This document shows, piece after piece, positions 8,735 to 18,487 of a stretch of 55,762 nt of DNA (within the stretch, counting starts at the first letter, position 1; the number at the start of each line of letters is the position of its first letter). Below the pieces are notes generated by a model. The model did not search any database. It had not been told where the DNA came from and was given only the letters and a program-made list of their open reading frames with translations. The DNA comes from Vulcanimicrobiota bacterium (GTDB lineage Bacteria > Vulcanimicrobiota > Vulcanimicrobiia > Vulcanimicrobiales > Vulcanimicrobiaceae): assembly GCA_964657315.1 (NCBI GenBank), contig CAZZUZ010000001.1, positions 1 through 55,762 on the forward strand, written 5' to 3'. Made by a program: the position numbers and the translations under genes.

Positions 8735-9094
8735 TCAGGCGGTCACGGCCGCCCTTTCACCGGGGTAAAACGCGAGGCCGCACTCACGACACAACGATCG
8801 GACGCTCGCAGGCGCGGCTTCGAGCGCCAAACGTTTCATCGCTCTCCGCCGCGGCGTCATAACAAGCGACCAAATCCCAAAAATCGCAAACCAGAAGCCA
8901 AGAGTGACGATCGCTAGGAGCAAGACGAGAACCGCGTCACGTCCTTGCTTGCGGCAAAAGCGATGCCATGCGGCGAGATCAGGATCGCGACCGATGAAGT
9001 CGAGTTCGTAGTCGAGCATCTCGCTACCGCATCGTGGACAGCGTTCCGGGACCTCGACGGGGTCCATTTTGTAGCCGAATCCACGCACCGCCAT
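8735..9094 (-). CDS. zinc-ribbon membrane protein (cargo between tape measure and baseplate genes)
   Basis: Internal ATG at 9094 avoids overlap with the tape-measure gene. CPRCGS...TM helix (VLVLLLAIVTLGFWFAIFGIWSLV)...CRECG. Confidence 0.5.
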   Translation of the reverse strand: MAVRGFGYKMDPVEVPERCPRCGSEMLDYELDFIGRDPDLAAWHRFCRKQGRDAVLVLLLAIVTLGFWFAIFGIWSLVMTPRRRAMKRLALEAAPASVRSLCRECGLAFYPGERAAVTA

Positions 9095-9131
9095 ACTCCG
9101 AGTATACCTCGAATCAGGCCCCGGCGACTGC

Positions 9132-11633
9132 CTAGTGAACTGGCGCAAGGATCGACGACCCGATCCGGGGGCCGAGCGCGCTGCCACGGTTCGAGCCGGA
9201 GCCCGATGCCGCAGCGTTCGGTACGCCGTCCAGAACCGAGGTAAGAGCTTTGTACGTCGCGGCTGCAACGTGCTGCGCATGTTCTCGGGCCGTCGCCTTC
9301 GGATCGACCTTGAGGTTTACGTTGAGCGTTCCGATCGTCGGCCCGCGTCCGCTGCCGAACGGGATCGTGGCAAGCGGAACGGCCTTCCCGCCAGAACGTC
9401 CAATGCTGCCGGGATCGTATGCGCTGCCGCCTTCAGCCGCGCTCTTTCCCGCCCCGAAATAGTCCATGAACGTGCCGGGGTTGTTCTTCATCTGGGTCGC
9501 GAGTTCGGAGTCAAGACCCTTCGAGAAGTCGGCTCGGTCAAAGAGCAGATCTTTCCAATGCGATTTCGCGTACGCAAGTGCCGTGCCGGCTGCGGTCATC
9601 AAGCCCTTGATTGCGTCCGTCAGCCAAACGCTGATCGTTCCAAACGCGTAGCCGATCGTGTACCCAATCCCCGCTTTATTTTTCTCCCACCAGATGCGAA
9701 CTTCTTTTACGAGATTGGCCGCGCCGCCGCCAAAGATCATTTTGAACGCCGTCTGCAAAAGCATGAGCGCGCCGATAACTTCGGGGATGCCGGTTTCGAG
9801 CCCAAGAAATCCGATCGTTATGCGCGGCAGCCACTTCACGGCGAGCTCACCGAGTACATCCCCAAAACGTCCGAGTGGGCCGCTGATCTTGCCGAACACG
9901 TCTCCAGCCACTTCGAAAAAATTCATGCGCTGTGCTGCGTGCGCTCCGCCACGTCGAAGACCGATACTTGCACCAAGACCGACGCTATGCCGCGCTTCGT
10001 GTTCGGCGAGATGCCCAAAAATTCGGAGGCCGCCAAGCATTTCCGCAAGTTTCACCGCACCGAAACCCGCGCCGACAGTAAGCGCGCCCGTTGCGAGGCC
10101 CGCTACAGCATGATGCGTCGAAAGATAGGTTGCCGTCCCGCCAACCATGTCGGACAAACCTTTGACGAATCCCGTCAGCGGCGCGATCAACGGCCCGCCA
10201 AGAATCGCGGCCAACGTCGAGAAGTTCGACGCGAGGAGCTTTGTCTGCGAGTTAAGTGACGACATCAGTCGCACTTGCGCGACTTCGAGATCGGGAATGC
10301 GAGCCAATGTCGCGTTGACGTTCTTCCCTTGCGTGATACCGGCATCGCTTGAGAACGATCCGGCGATCAGCGAAGCGTTCGTGGAGAACGCAGTTGCGAG
10401 TAATTGCGAGAATTCGCGACCGCGGTTTTTGCCAAACCGGTGACGCGTATCGTTTAATCCTTGAAAAAATTCCTCGGGCGTGAACTTTCCGGTCTTGTCA
10501 ATGACCCTCGAATTGCCAGACGAGTCGATAAGGCCAAGCGCTTTTTGCGCTTCATACATCGCATCAGTCGAAGGTTTCTGCAGATTCCGAAGAATCATAT
10601 TCAGCCCAGCGCCGGACTTGCCACCGCCGTACCCAAGTCGATCTGCTCGCGCTTGCAGTTTGAGCACTTCTTCGGGTGAAACGCCCGCTTGCGCGTAATT
10701 GCCGCCGTAATACTTGATCTGCGTGACCGCCTTTGCCATTGCATCCGGCATGTCGTTCGAGATTTTGTACGCCGTGTTGAGAAACGGCTTGAGATCGGCT
10801 GCTGTGCGAAGATTGAGTTGATGCGCGAGCCCCGCCATCTGCGAAACCGATTGATCGAATGGGACGTGATTTTTGCCAAGATACTGCGTGTCGGCGTACC
10901 GTGCGATAGACGGCGCAAGAGCGATGAGATCGCGCGGATCATTAATTCCCGACGTGGCCATCGTGCGAAGCAAGCCCATCGAGTCGGTTACGGACTGCGC
11001 CGTGCTCATCGACATCTTCATGGCAATCGGCAAAAGGTTCTGCTGAACCCAATCGTCGGACTTGCCCATCGGGAGCGCCGTCTGAATCATCGCGTCCTGA
11101 AGATTTGCTCGCTCCTTCGTCCCGATCGCGAGCGTCGCAAGCGACGCAAGCCCAGCGACGCCACCCACTCCGCTCGCCAAGCGACCGAACGCGCCGCCAG
11201 CCGCCCCTGCGCCTGCCGCCCCGACCGTTCCAGCGCCTCCAGCGCCGCCCGCTGCGGTCGCACGCATCGACAGCGCCGTTTGCTTTACGGCCGCATTGAG
11301 CGCCTCGTAGCGGCCCGTCATGGACGTGACGGACGTATCGACGCGCGCCGACATCGTCGCGGTCTCTTCGCCGAGCCGGACGGTCGAGGCCGAAACCGAG
11401 TCCACGGCTTTTGCGGCCCGCTCGGCTCCCGGAATCATCTCCGAGAGCGCGCGCTGGGCTTGTTTTGCGAACCGGCTGAACCCCTCAAACGCCTCAGCGT
11501 TGCGCGCGACCATCTTTTGCAGAGCGTCGAGCCCGTCGGACGCCTGTATAGCGTACTTCGCGATGAGGCCGAGTTCACGCTGGGCATTCGACTTGAAGAG
11601 GTACTCAGCGCCAATCAGGTAGCCGTCAGCCAT
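9132..11633 (-). CDS. tail tape measure protein
   Basis: 833 aa, Ala/Gly-rich and helical, with a central hydrophobic/Gly-rich segment. Located downstream of the chaperone genes. Confidence 0.85.
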   Translation of the reverse strand: MADGYLIGAEYLFKSNAQRELGLIAKYAIQASDGLDALQKMVARNAEAFEGFSRFAKQAQRALSEMIPGAERAAKAVDSVSASTVRLGEETATMSARVDTSVTSMTGRYEALNAAVKQTALSMRATAAGGAGGAGTVGAAGAGAAGGAFGRLASGVGGVAGLASLATLAIGTKERANLQDAMIQTALPMGKSDDWVQQNLLPIAMKMSMSTAQSVTDSMGLLRTMATSGINDPRDLIALAPSIARYADTQYLGKNHVPFDQSVSQMAGLAHQLNLRTAADLKPFLNTAYKISNDMPDAMAKAVTQIKYYGGNYAQAGVSPEEVLKLQARADRLGYGGGKSGAGLNMILRNLQKPSTDAMYEAQKALGLIDSSGNSRVIDKTGKFTPEEFFQGLNDTRHRFGKNRGREFSQLLATAFSTNASLIAGSFSSDAGITQGKNVNATLARIPDLEVAQVRLMSSLNSQTKLLASNFSTLAAILGGPLIAPLTGFVKGLSDMVGGTATYLSTHHAVAGLATGALTVGAGFGAVKLAEMLGGLRIFGHLAEHEARHSVGLGASIGLRRGGAHAAQRMNFFEVAGDVFGKISGPLGRFGDVLGELAVKWLPRITIGFLGLETGIPEVIGALMLLQTAFKMIFGGGAANLVKEVRIWWEKNKAGIGYTIGYAFGTISVWLTDAIKGLMTAAGTALAYAKSHWKDLLFDRADFSKGLDSELATQMKNNPGTFMDYFGAGKSAAEGGSAYDPGSIGRSGGKAVPLATIPFGSGRGPTIGTLNVNLKVDPKATAREHAQHVAAATYKALTSVLDGVPNAAASGSGSNRGSALGPRIGSSILAPVH

Positions 11634-11665
11634 CGGATACCCCTATTGTGATGTACGTTTGAGAT

Positions 11666-12175
11666 TTACGGCGAGATGGACATCATCCCGTGCTTAACTC
11701 GCTCAATTAAATCGCGTTTTTTATCTCGCTGCTGAGCGTTTAAAGAATCGTTTGACATGGCATCAAGTGTTGATCGAGCACCACCGTATAAAACTGAGGC
11801 CCTATCACGATCGCCTAGTTTTTCAGTCGCCTCTGACTGCCATACTTGCGCTTCGGCGATCGTCAACTGTAAAGTTGGCACATCTCTTACCGTAGCCGCG
11901 CACATCTGCAGGCGAGTTTCAATATCGCTAGATTCTCGCAGTGCATCCCGATACAAACGGCGAGCAAGATAGTTTTTTATTTCCCGCTCTTGCTCCCCAA
12001 TTTTGTAGCCGAACGTGTACGCCGCTTCGCGGCTCGCGTTGCACGTTGCGGGGTCTGCGCGGCCAGGAGGTTCAACGGCGTGAGCGATTACGCTCGACGC
12101 GAACGGCGCACCTAAGATGAACAAGCAAATGCTGATCGCGATAAAAAGCAGGTTACGTCGGCGACGCGCTTTCAT
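11666..12175 (-). CDS. AT-rich secreted helical protein (moron)
   Basis: Internal ATG at 12175 gives MKARRRRNLLFIAISICLFILGAPFASSVIAHA, a signal peptide. Markedly AT-richer than the tail genes on either side. Confidence 0.55.
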   Translation of the reverse strand: MKARRRRNLLFIAISICLFILGAPFASSVIAHAVEPPGRADPATCNASREAAYTFGYKIGEQEREIKNYLARRLYRDALRESSDIETRLQMCAATVRDVPTLQLTIAEAQVWQSEATEKLGDRDRASVLYGGARSTLDAMSNDSLNAQQRDKKRDLIERVKHGMMSISP

Positions 12176-12374
12176 TGGACTCCCGGTTTTCGGCCCGGTT
12201 TGCGTGCTATACTGCTCCGGTGATTTGGCTCGCCCTATTCGTCTTTGGCATGTGGCTAGCCCTACGGCGACCGAAATCAAGATGGAGGCCGCTGCCGCGG
12301 CAACAAGCCACGTATAGCCCTGAAGAAATCCTGAATGCGATCCGATCAGCCGCCAGCCGCGCACGCAGCCAAAA

Positions 12375-12875
12375 TCAGTAGCGGATTTTCGCATCCTCGG
12401 CCACTTCGGCTTCGGCAAGGAACCGGACAAGAGGCACGACGTCCCCACGCGCGAGCGCCTGAACGGTAAGCCACATGACCCGTTGAAGAACGGGCGTGAT
12501 TTCCGCAATGCCGATGCCGATCGCGGGTCGTGGCGGCAAGTTGTGCGATGCCACCCCGTATTCAAGCCAGACCATTCGTTCATCGTTCGTCCCGACGACG
12601 AATCCACCGTCCCGCATCGCGAGCTCAAGCGAGTTCCGTAATTCGCCGGAGCGAAGGAGCGGGTCGTTTGCCGAATACCCCGCCTGAACGCGTTCGTCTT
12701 GCGTGACCTCGGCGAGCGGCGCGAGTTTTAGAACGTCGCCAAAAACGTTCGTAATGCTGGATAGGACCAGACGGCCGATCGCCGCACGCGTGAGCGCCTC
12801 AGTAACGAGCGCAGCGGCGTAGACGCGTTCGCAATGCTCCGCGTATCGCTGCGGCGTCATCGTTACGATGGGCAC
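12375..12875 (-). CDS. HK97 gp10-like / virion morphogenesis-like protein
   Basis: 166 aa with ...SGELRNSLE...VWLEYG...NLPPRPA..., reminiscent of the gp10-family motif. Unusual position between chaperone and tape measure. Confidence 0.35.
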   Translation of the reverse strand: MPIVTMTPQRYAEHCERVYAAALVTEALTRAAIGRLVLSSITNVFGDVLKLAPLAEVTQDERVQAGYSANDPLLRSGELRNSLELAMRDGGFVVGTNDERMVWLEYGVASHNLPPRPAIGIGIAEITPVLQRVMWLTVQALARGDVVPLVRFLAEAEVAEDAKIRY

Positions 12876-12878
12876 AGA

Positions 12879-13468
12879 TTACCTCCGACGCGACCGTTGC
12901 CCACGACCGTGAGACCCACCCTCGCCTTTGATCTCGACGAGCATCGATCTCACAAGCGCTGGCTCTGGACGCTTTGCCCATCGTGCATCGACGAAATTCC
13001 ATCGGCCGCCTCGAGCCTCACCGACGGCAATTGCAAGCGCTTCAGTCTCGGTTTCCGTCATGGCCATCACTTCGTCGTACGTGAGCCGCACGACGTCGAT
13101 CGCTACGAGGTTGGCAAGTCCTCGGTAGGCGCCAACGATTTTTTTAGGTTGGGCCCGCCCGTATTATATGCGCGATTGTACGCACCGAGCAGTTCGTCGA
13201 GCTCGTTCGAACTGAGGCGCTGTAGTCGATCGTCGAGAAGCAGCGCGGTCGTCGCCGGCGGCAGCGCCTTCCCGTCGATTTCTTGAAGAGACATGGCCGC
13301 TCGATAGTAGGCCATCTCGATCAGATTTCCCGATTCCATGATTTTCGCGATGCGCATGGATTCGAGTCCGTGGAGTTCGCGAAACGTGAGTTCGCGTCCG
13401 CTGCTCTCGCAGACATGCGATAGCGTGGGGCGACCGGGCTCGGCCGGGACTGCTTTGGACGTCGGCAC
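12879..13468 (-). CDS. tail assembly chaperone, -1 frameshift fusion product (about 196 aa)
   Basis: A slip at A_AAA_AAA (13145..13139) joins the zero frame to ORF 12879..13091. I translated the -1 frame from 13139 to 13091 (IVGAYRGLANLVAIDV) and found no stop. Confidence 0.6.
13103..13468 (-). CDS. tail assembly chaperone (short, zero-frame product)
   Basis: GTG at 13468 overlaps the tube stop (TAGTG). Lies in the canonical position between tube and tape measure. Confidence 0.6.
   Translation of the reverse strand: MPTSKAVPAEPGRPTLSHVCESSGRELTFRELHGLESMRIAKIMESGNLIEMAYYRAAMSLQEIDGKALPPATTALLLDDRLQRLSSNELDELLGAYNRAYNTGGPNLKKSLAPTEDLPTS
13139..13145 (-). promoter_or_regulatory. programmed -1 ribosomal frameshift slippery heptamer A_AAA_AAA
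   Basis: Zero frame reads CTA AAA AAA TCG. The heptamer lies 11 codons before the zero-frame stop. Confidence 0.6.
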
Positions 13469-13971
13469 TAGAACGAGAATCCATTCGTCACGGACTGATT
13501 GTCCGCGTCTTCGCAATCCATCGCCTCGAATTCGAACGAGATCTCGACATCGGACGTCGGCGACCATTCACCCGTATTCGTGATGTTCAGCGTCGCCTGA
13601 ATGAACGAAAAATTGTCGATCGACCCATCGGAGATGTTGCGGGTAATCGTCGCGATCGTGAAAATCGGTTCACCGAGACCTGCGTAATGCCGTGCATCTT
13701 TCGCAAGTTGAAAGCGCTCGATATCACCGTTGACGCGTCCATAGGTGAACTCGCCGTGCCAACCCATCGGGATCGTGCGATTTTTGCGGCGTCCGCCTTC
13801 GGAGATCGTTCTCCGCTCGCGCTTATCGCGATCGGGCATCGCCGTGAAACGCATAAGGTCCGGGCCGAAGTCGTACTGAACGCCCTGATCGTCCGTGACG
13901 ATGATCGCGCGCTCGGAGCCAACGTTGAACTTGGCGTTCGTAATGGCGGAATAGGCGGGAAGGTCAGCCAT
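13468..13971 (-). CDS. tail tube protein
   Basis: 167 aa immediately after the sheath gene. Confidence 0.75.
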   Translation of the reverse strand: MADLPAYSAITNAKFNVGSERAIIVTDDQGVQYDFGPDLMRFTAMPDRDKRERRTISEGGRRKNRTIPMGWHGEFTYGRVNGDIERFQLAKDARHYAGLGEPIFTIATITRNISDGSIDNFSFIQATLNITNTGEWSPTSDVEISFEFEAMDCEDADNQSVTNGFSF

Positions 13972-14032
13972 AATAAATCCTCCGCGCCCATGAGGGACGC
14001 CGCGGCGACGAGGGAAGCGAAGAAGGCGGCCG

Positions 14033-15601
14033 TTAAGCCGAGACGGACCCGGTCAGCGTTCCGCTCGCGTCGACCGAATTGACGATGCGACGAACGGTTT
14101 TGAGAAACGCGAGTTGCGACGTCGCGAACATCTCGCCGAGATCCGTGGTCGCGACCGGGTTATTCGAAGCGCCGAGAGTCACGCCGTACGCGCTGATGCG
14201 GCGGCTGCGCTTGAGATTACCCCATTGATTTTCGAGCGCTTTTTTCGCCTTGGCGCGCGTTCCGATCGTGTCTTCGGCTGTATCATCGCCTTCCAACTTA
14301 TCGGCAAACGGTTGCAAGACGGCGAAGCCGATGAGCAAGCAGAAGTTCTGCATGCGCACGAAGTTGATCTGGCCGGTCGCGTCTTGCGCTGCGTTCGCGT
14401 TCGCGCCGTTGGCGAGGACATACTGACCGTTGACCTGATTCCAGAACGTGACGCCGGCGAGTGTGAGCGCGTCTTTATCCGCTTGATTGGGCGACGTGCC
14501 GTCTTCCATCGAGACGATGAGCGTCGCGGCTGGCTTGTTGCCGGGTGACTCTTCGGGCGGCTGCGACGCGACCATCGCACACGTGAATCCCATCGGCGAA
14601 ACGAGACGGCTTTTACCGAGGATGCGATCGTAGATGTAAACCCACTTTTTGACCGTCATCATGTCGTTGACGAGCATTCCGTTCGTGGTCTTGTCGGAAA
14701 TCACGGCATCGCGCGTGCGATAAGCCGGGAACGCGTAGATGCCTTGCGCGAGATTCGCCAATGCAAACGCTTCTTGGGATGGCACCGATGCCGGATCGGT
14801 CAACCCGCAGACACCGAACGTCGCGCCCGCAATATAATCTTGCGCCGCCGTAAGCGCGTTCAGCTGGATTTGGGTCGTCAGCCCAGACGCCCCGTCGGTT
14901 CCGCCGGAAGCGGTCTGCTGCGCAGTCGCCGGTGCGGCCGTTCCGGTTCCGATCGCAGCGAACGACCAATACTTCGACGATCCGCGCGATCCGCCAACGC
15001 CGGAGTTGATTGCGGCAAGCGCATTCGCAATGAACGCTGCTGCATTGTAGCCGCCATTCGAGGTCGCGTATGCGACGATCGATGCGTAGCGCTCAACCTG
15101 GCCGTTCGCGATCGTTAGCACGATGTCGTAGAGCGGACTGCCGGTGGTCGAAAGAAGACTCTGCGTGACCGTGACCGTTCCGCTATTGCCGCGCGAACCT
15201 TCGCTCACCGCGAAAATGAGCCCGATCTGCGCGCCCGTCGTATCGATCATTGCCATCGACGCTGCCGTCTCCGAACCGTCGCGCAGCGGAATGAGTACGA
15301 TCGACGAAAGGGCAAAACCGGGATCGGCCGCGCACATCGCTTGCTCAAGAAGCGGCGATCCGTAAGGTTGCCCGTTGACCATGGGATACGATCCTCCGAT
15401 CGCGTCCCAGAGCGATGCATCGTCGGTTCCGGAAGAGATCGGGACGCCCGACTTGCCCCACGTTGCGGGCCCGTAGAGGATGACTGTCGAGGTCGCGACC
15501 TGGACGGCACCGGACGACGAGACGGGAGCCTTGTAGCCGTAGACGCCGTTCGCCGCAGGGACATTGTAGGGCGAACTGATGACGGTGCCGAGGAAAGACA
15601 T
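14033..15601 (-). CDS. contractile tail sheath protein
   Basis: 522 aa upstream of the tube gene. GAGGT ribosome-binding site. Confidence 0.85.
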   Translation of the reverse strand: MSFLGTVISSPYNVPAANGVYGYKAPVSSSGAVQVATSTVILYGPATWGKSGVPISSGTDDASLWDAIGGSYPMVNGQPYGSPLLEQAMCAADPGFALSSIVLIPLRDGSETAASMAMIDTTGAQIGLIFAVSEGSRGNSGTVTVTQSLLSTTGSPLYDIVLTIANGQVERYASIVAYATSNGGYNAAAFIANALAAINSGVGGSRGSSKYWSFAAIGTGTAAPATAQQTASGGTDGASGLTTQIQLNALTAAQDYIAGATFGVCGLTDPASVPSQEAFALANLAQGIYAFPAYRTRDAVISDKTTNGMLVNDMMTVKKWVYIYDRILGKSRLVSPMGFTCAMVASQPPEESPGNKPAATLIVSMEDGTSPNQADKDALTLAGVTFWNQVNGQYVLANGANANAAQDATGQINFVRMQNFCLLIGFAVLQPFADKLEGDDTAEDTIGTRAKAKKALENQWGNLKRSRRISAYGVTLGASNNPVATTDLGEMFATSQLAFLKTVRRIVNSVDASGTLTGSVSA

Positions 15602-15700
15602 GCGCTGTACCTCGCAATGGCGCGCAGGAAGAGAGCGTCACGCGAAAGCGATCGGCACGAAGCAGGCGTCGCCCGCGGATCAAAACAGAGAGCGGCGGGC

Positions 15701-15910
15701 TTACGCCTTGAGCAAGGGCGCAGGTGCAGGCTGCGGCGGTTCGGCTTTTAGTGGCTCCGGCGGTTTCGGTCGCTCGCCAACGCGCACGACGTGCCGCATC
15801 AAGTGCGAATGATCGGCTTCGAGTTTTGCCGCATGGTCATCGCTCAACTGGTCGCCCTTATTGAGGCGCGTGCCATCGATCTCGATGAAATCGCTGATGA
15901 CGTGATACAT
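15701..15910 (-). CDS. hypothetical small protein with Pro-rich tail
   Basis: 69 aa ORF between connector genes and sheath. Tightly spaced with the upstream gene. Confidence 0.4.
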   Translation of the reverse strand: MYHVISDFIEIDGTRLNKGDQLSDDHAAKLEADHSHLMRHVVRVGERPKPPEPLKAEPPQPAPAPLLKA

Positions 15911-15912
15911 GG

Positions 15913-16788
15913 CTACGGACCTCCGATGATATGCGTCGAGGTCGCCCGTTCGGAGGCGACGGTATCAAAAATAGCCGCGATTGGCGTGAGCTTCGTCGGC
16001 ACGACGAGATCGTAGCGCGCGTTGAAAAACATGTCGGCGCGTAAGAGCGAGTCGGTCTCAAGATTGTCATTCACGCGCCGCGGGCCCGACGCGTAGCGGG
16101 ACATACAAAACGTCCCGTCGCCGAGCGGAAGAAAGAGATCGTCGCTGACGTCGGTCCCGAGTGCGTTCATGATCGCGTCCGGTACGTTGGCGCGAAGCGC
16201 CTTGCTCGATGTCCAGAGTGTCATCTGTACGCGCTGCGTCCGCTGCGCTTTCCGCAAAAGGCCAGCCATGGGAATGACCGGCTTGACGACAACCGCCGCC
16301 GCACCCGTAATGTTGATGGTCGGCCCGTTTGTCGAGACTGCAAACGTCACGTCGACGTCCTGCACGACCGTAAACTGTTGCGCTATCCGCTCGGCCAGCG
16401 TCGTAAACGTATCGTTCGCCGCAACGACCACGAAGCGGTCGATTTCGGCGCCGACGAGGTTGCGAACGATCACGTGCAGCGCGTTACCGGCCGCGATCGT
16501 TCCACCAAGAATGAATGACGTTGGCGAGCTTTGGGCAACGGTGAGGCCGGGCAGAAAATTAGGGGATCCGAGTCGCGCCGGAAAGCGTCCACGCGGCTGC
16601 GGGCCACTCGGCTCCGTCGCTATCACGCACAGCGTGTATCCGCCCGTTCGTGCAACAGTACCGATCTCACCCGCGTCGGGCCAGCCGTTGACCATCGGTG
16701 ATGGGACGGGCGTCGTGATACCGGCCGCCGCGACCGCATCGTAGGCCGCTGTTACGTGGGCGCTGAGAACCGCGTCAAGGCGAGTCAT
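15913..16788 (-). CDS. hypothetical structural protein (neck/tail-terminator region)
   Basis: 291 aa with high GC3. Call rests on position only. Confidence 0.45.
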   Translation of the reverse strand: MTRLDAVLSAHVTAAYDAVAAAGITTPVPSPMVNGWPDAGEIGTVARTGGYTLCVIATEPSGPQPRGRFPARLGSPNFLPGLTVAQSSPTSFILGGTIAAGNALHVIVRNLVGAEIDRFVVVAANDTFTTLAERIAQQFTVVQDVDVTFAVSTNGPTINITGAAAVVVKPVIPMAGLLRKAQRTQRVQMTLWTSSKALRANVPDAIMNALGTDVSDDLFLPLGDGTFCMSRYASGPRRVNDNLETDSLLRADMFFNARYDLVVPTKLTPIAAIFDTVASERATSTHIIGGP

Positions 16789-16805
16789 CAGCGCTCCCTA
16801 CGTGG

Positions 16806-17564
16806 CTACGTCCCGATGTTGACGAGAATCATGATCGTGCCGACCAGCCCGATTGTGCGCGTCGTCGCTTCCAAAACGAGAAAACGCCGCGCCCCAATCT
16901 GGAGTTCGTCGCGTTCCATGATCGGAACAACCGGAGCGAATGCGATGAATCGCGATGCGTCGCTCGACGTCGGCTGGGCGTCTTGCCGCGACTGACCCGT
17001 GCGGTTCGTCGGCTCGATCCCGACCGGGATCTGAGCTGAGGTGGCCCCAGCAGGCTGATAGGCGTAAACGCCATTCGCAAGCGTCAAGACATCGCCGTCA
17101 GCGGTCGGACTATCTTCGACGTCCGCGTCCTCGTCAGGGACGATATATGGTCCGACGTTGGGCGACGTAAGTGCGGCCGCAGCGCGTGCCGACGCGTCGA
17201 CCGGCCGCGTCACCGTCATGACGGACTCGCACCGCATGAAGATCGCCTCACGCGTCGTTCGATGCTGCGCGTACACCAGCGTATCGCCGCCCGGCTTCGT
17301 CTCCGACAGCACGTCCCCGAACTGCAGCTGCGTGTAATCGCAGTCGCCCTGGTACGCGAGCAGCGTGAAGATCTCGTCTTCGAGGAGGTTCTTCGACGTC
17401 ACCCGGCTCGGGATCATCGGGAACGCCGCGATCACGGGCGCCTGGGCCAGCACCGAAACGTTCGACCGCGGGCTCAGGCGGCGGACCGCGTAGCGCTGGC
17501 CCTTGTACGCTGCAGCCGTGCCCTTCTGGCGGGCGATCATCGTGTCGAGGTAGCCGGTCAGCAT
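16806..17564 (-). CDS. hypothetical head-tail joining protein
   Basis: 252 aa. Call rests on position only. Confidence 0.4.
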   Translation of the reverse strand: MLTGYLDTMIARQKGTAAAYKGQRYAVRRLSPRSNVSVLAQAPVIAAFPMIPSRVTSKNLLEDEIFTLLAYQGDCDYTQLQFGDVLSETKPGGDTLVYAQHRTTREAIFMRCESVMTVTRPVDASARAAAALTSPNVGPYIVPDEDADVEDSPTADGDVLTLANGVYAYQPAGATSAQIPVGIEPTNRTGQSRQDAQPTSSDASRFIAFAPVVPIMERDELQIGARRFLVLEATTRTIGLVGTIMILVNIGT

Positions 17565-17574
17565 CCGCGCCCCA

Positions 17575-18477
17575 TTATCGCAGCGAGCGCACGATGAACG
17601 GTCTCAGCATCGCTTTCACGTCCTGCGGGATCGCGAACGGCTGGCCGTCGCTGACGAGCGAATCCTTGTCGAGCTGCTTCATGCCGCCGAGACCGAGCGC
17701 GCGCTTCCGGCGAACGTCGATGAGCGACGACGCGATCATAACGGTCGCCTCGCGAACCGCGTCCGGCGTCTGCGCCGCAGGATAGCCGGCCGTCAGGGTC
17801 ACTTCGAGGACGTTCGCCGAATAGCCAACGGTCTCGAAGGCGCCGAGGAGCGCGTAGTTCCCGAACCCGTACGCGAGCATCTCGACGTAGTTTAGATCGG
17901 GATCGATGAAAAGATCGGACGGCGCGAAGACCGTGCGGGTCGTGTTGCTCGTCACGAACGTCAGGGAGTCGATTGAGACGACCGGCCGATGATACGGATA
18001 GATTCGACGCGACTTGCGGAAGCGATGCCGCTCGAGCCACGTCAATTGCCGGACCGTCCCGCCGATAAACGAGTCCACGTAGGCCGAGGCGCGTCGCAAA
18101 ATGACGTCGAGTTCGGGACCCGTCGGGAAGAGCGGGTCGAGATCCGCGCCTTCGCCCGTATAGTCGGACTGCTGCGCGTATTGCGATGCGACGGCAAGCC
18201 CGAAGGTCGCTATGTTGCCGCTGAGATCCGTAACCGTGGCAACGCCGCTTTGCAGCCCATCGGGAACGGTAAACGAAAACACGGTCGTCGTTCCATCAGC
18301 CGAATAGCCGAACGTTGCCGGAAGAAGCATCGCGCCGGTCGTCGGCTGGCCGAGCACCGCCGCGACCGTCTGGCCCGATACCGAGATCGTCGCGGGGCCG
18401 CCGTCGAATCCATCGCACGGCACCGAAGCGATATTCCCGGGGCCGCAGACGAGCGACGATTGATCGATCGTCGCCAT
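17575..18477 (-). CDS. head-tail adaptor-like protein with N-terminal Ig-like domain
   Basis: 300 aa. The C-terminal half (...AVREATVMIASSLI...) resembles gp6-type connectors. Position supports the call. Confidence 0.4.
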   Translation of the reverse strand: MATIDQSSLVCGPGNIASVPCDGFDGGPATISVSGQTVAAVLGQPTTGAMLLPATFGYSADGTTTVFSFTVPDGLQSGVATVTDLSGNIATFGLAVASQYAQQSDYTGEGADLDPLFPTGPELDVILRRASAYVDSFIGGTVRQLTWLERHRFRKSRRIYPYHRPVVSIDSLTFVTSNTTRTVFAPSDLFIDPDLNYVEMLAYGFGNYALLGAFETVGYSANVLEVTLTAGYPAAQTPDAVREATVMIASSLIDVRRKRALGLGGMKQLDKDSLVSDGQPFAIPQDVKAMLRPFIVRSLR

Positions 18478-18487
18478 GCGTTACCCC

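Noticed and set aside
8735-9280. Full 181-aa version of ORF 8735..9280
   Set aside because: Its N-terminal 62 residues are Arg-rich and overlap the 3' end of the tape measure gene. The internal ATG at 9094 gives a clean zinc-ribbon/TM protein.
9135-11651. Plus-strand ORFs antisense to the tape measure gene (9135..10259, 10689..11651 and others)
   Set aside because: They are Arg-rich antisense artefacts. The minus-strand 833-aa ORF is continuous and has tape-measure character.
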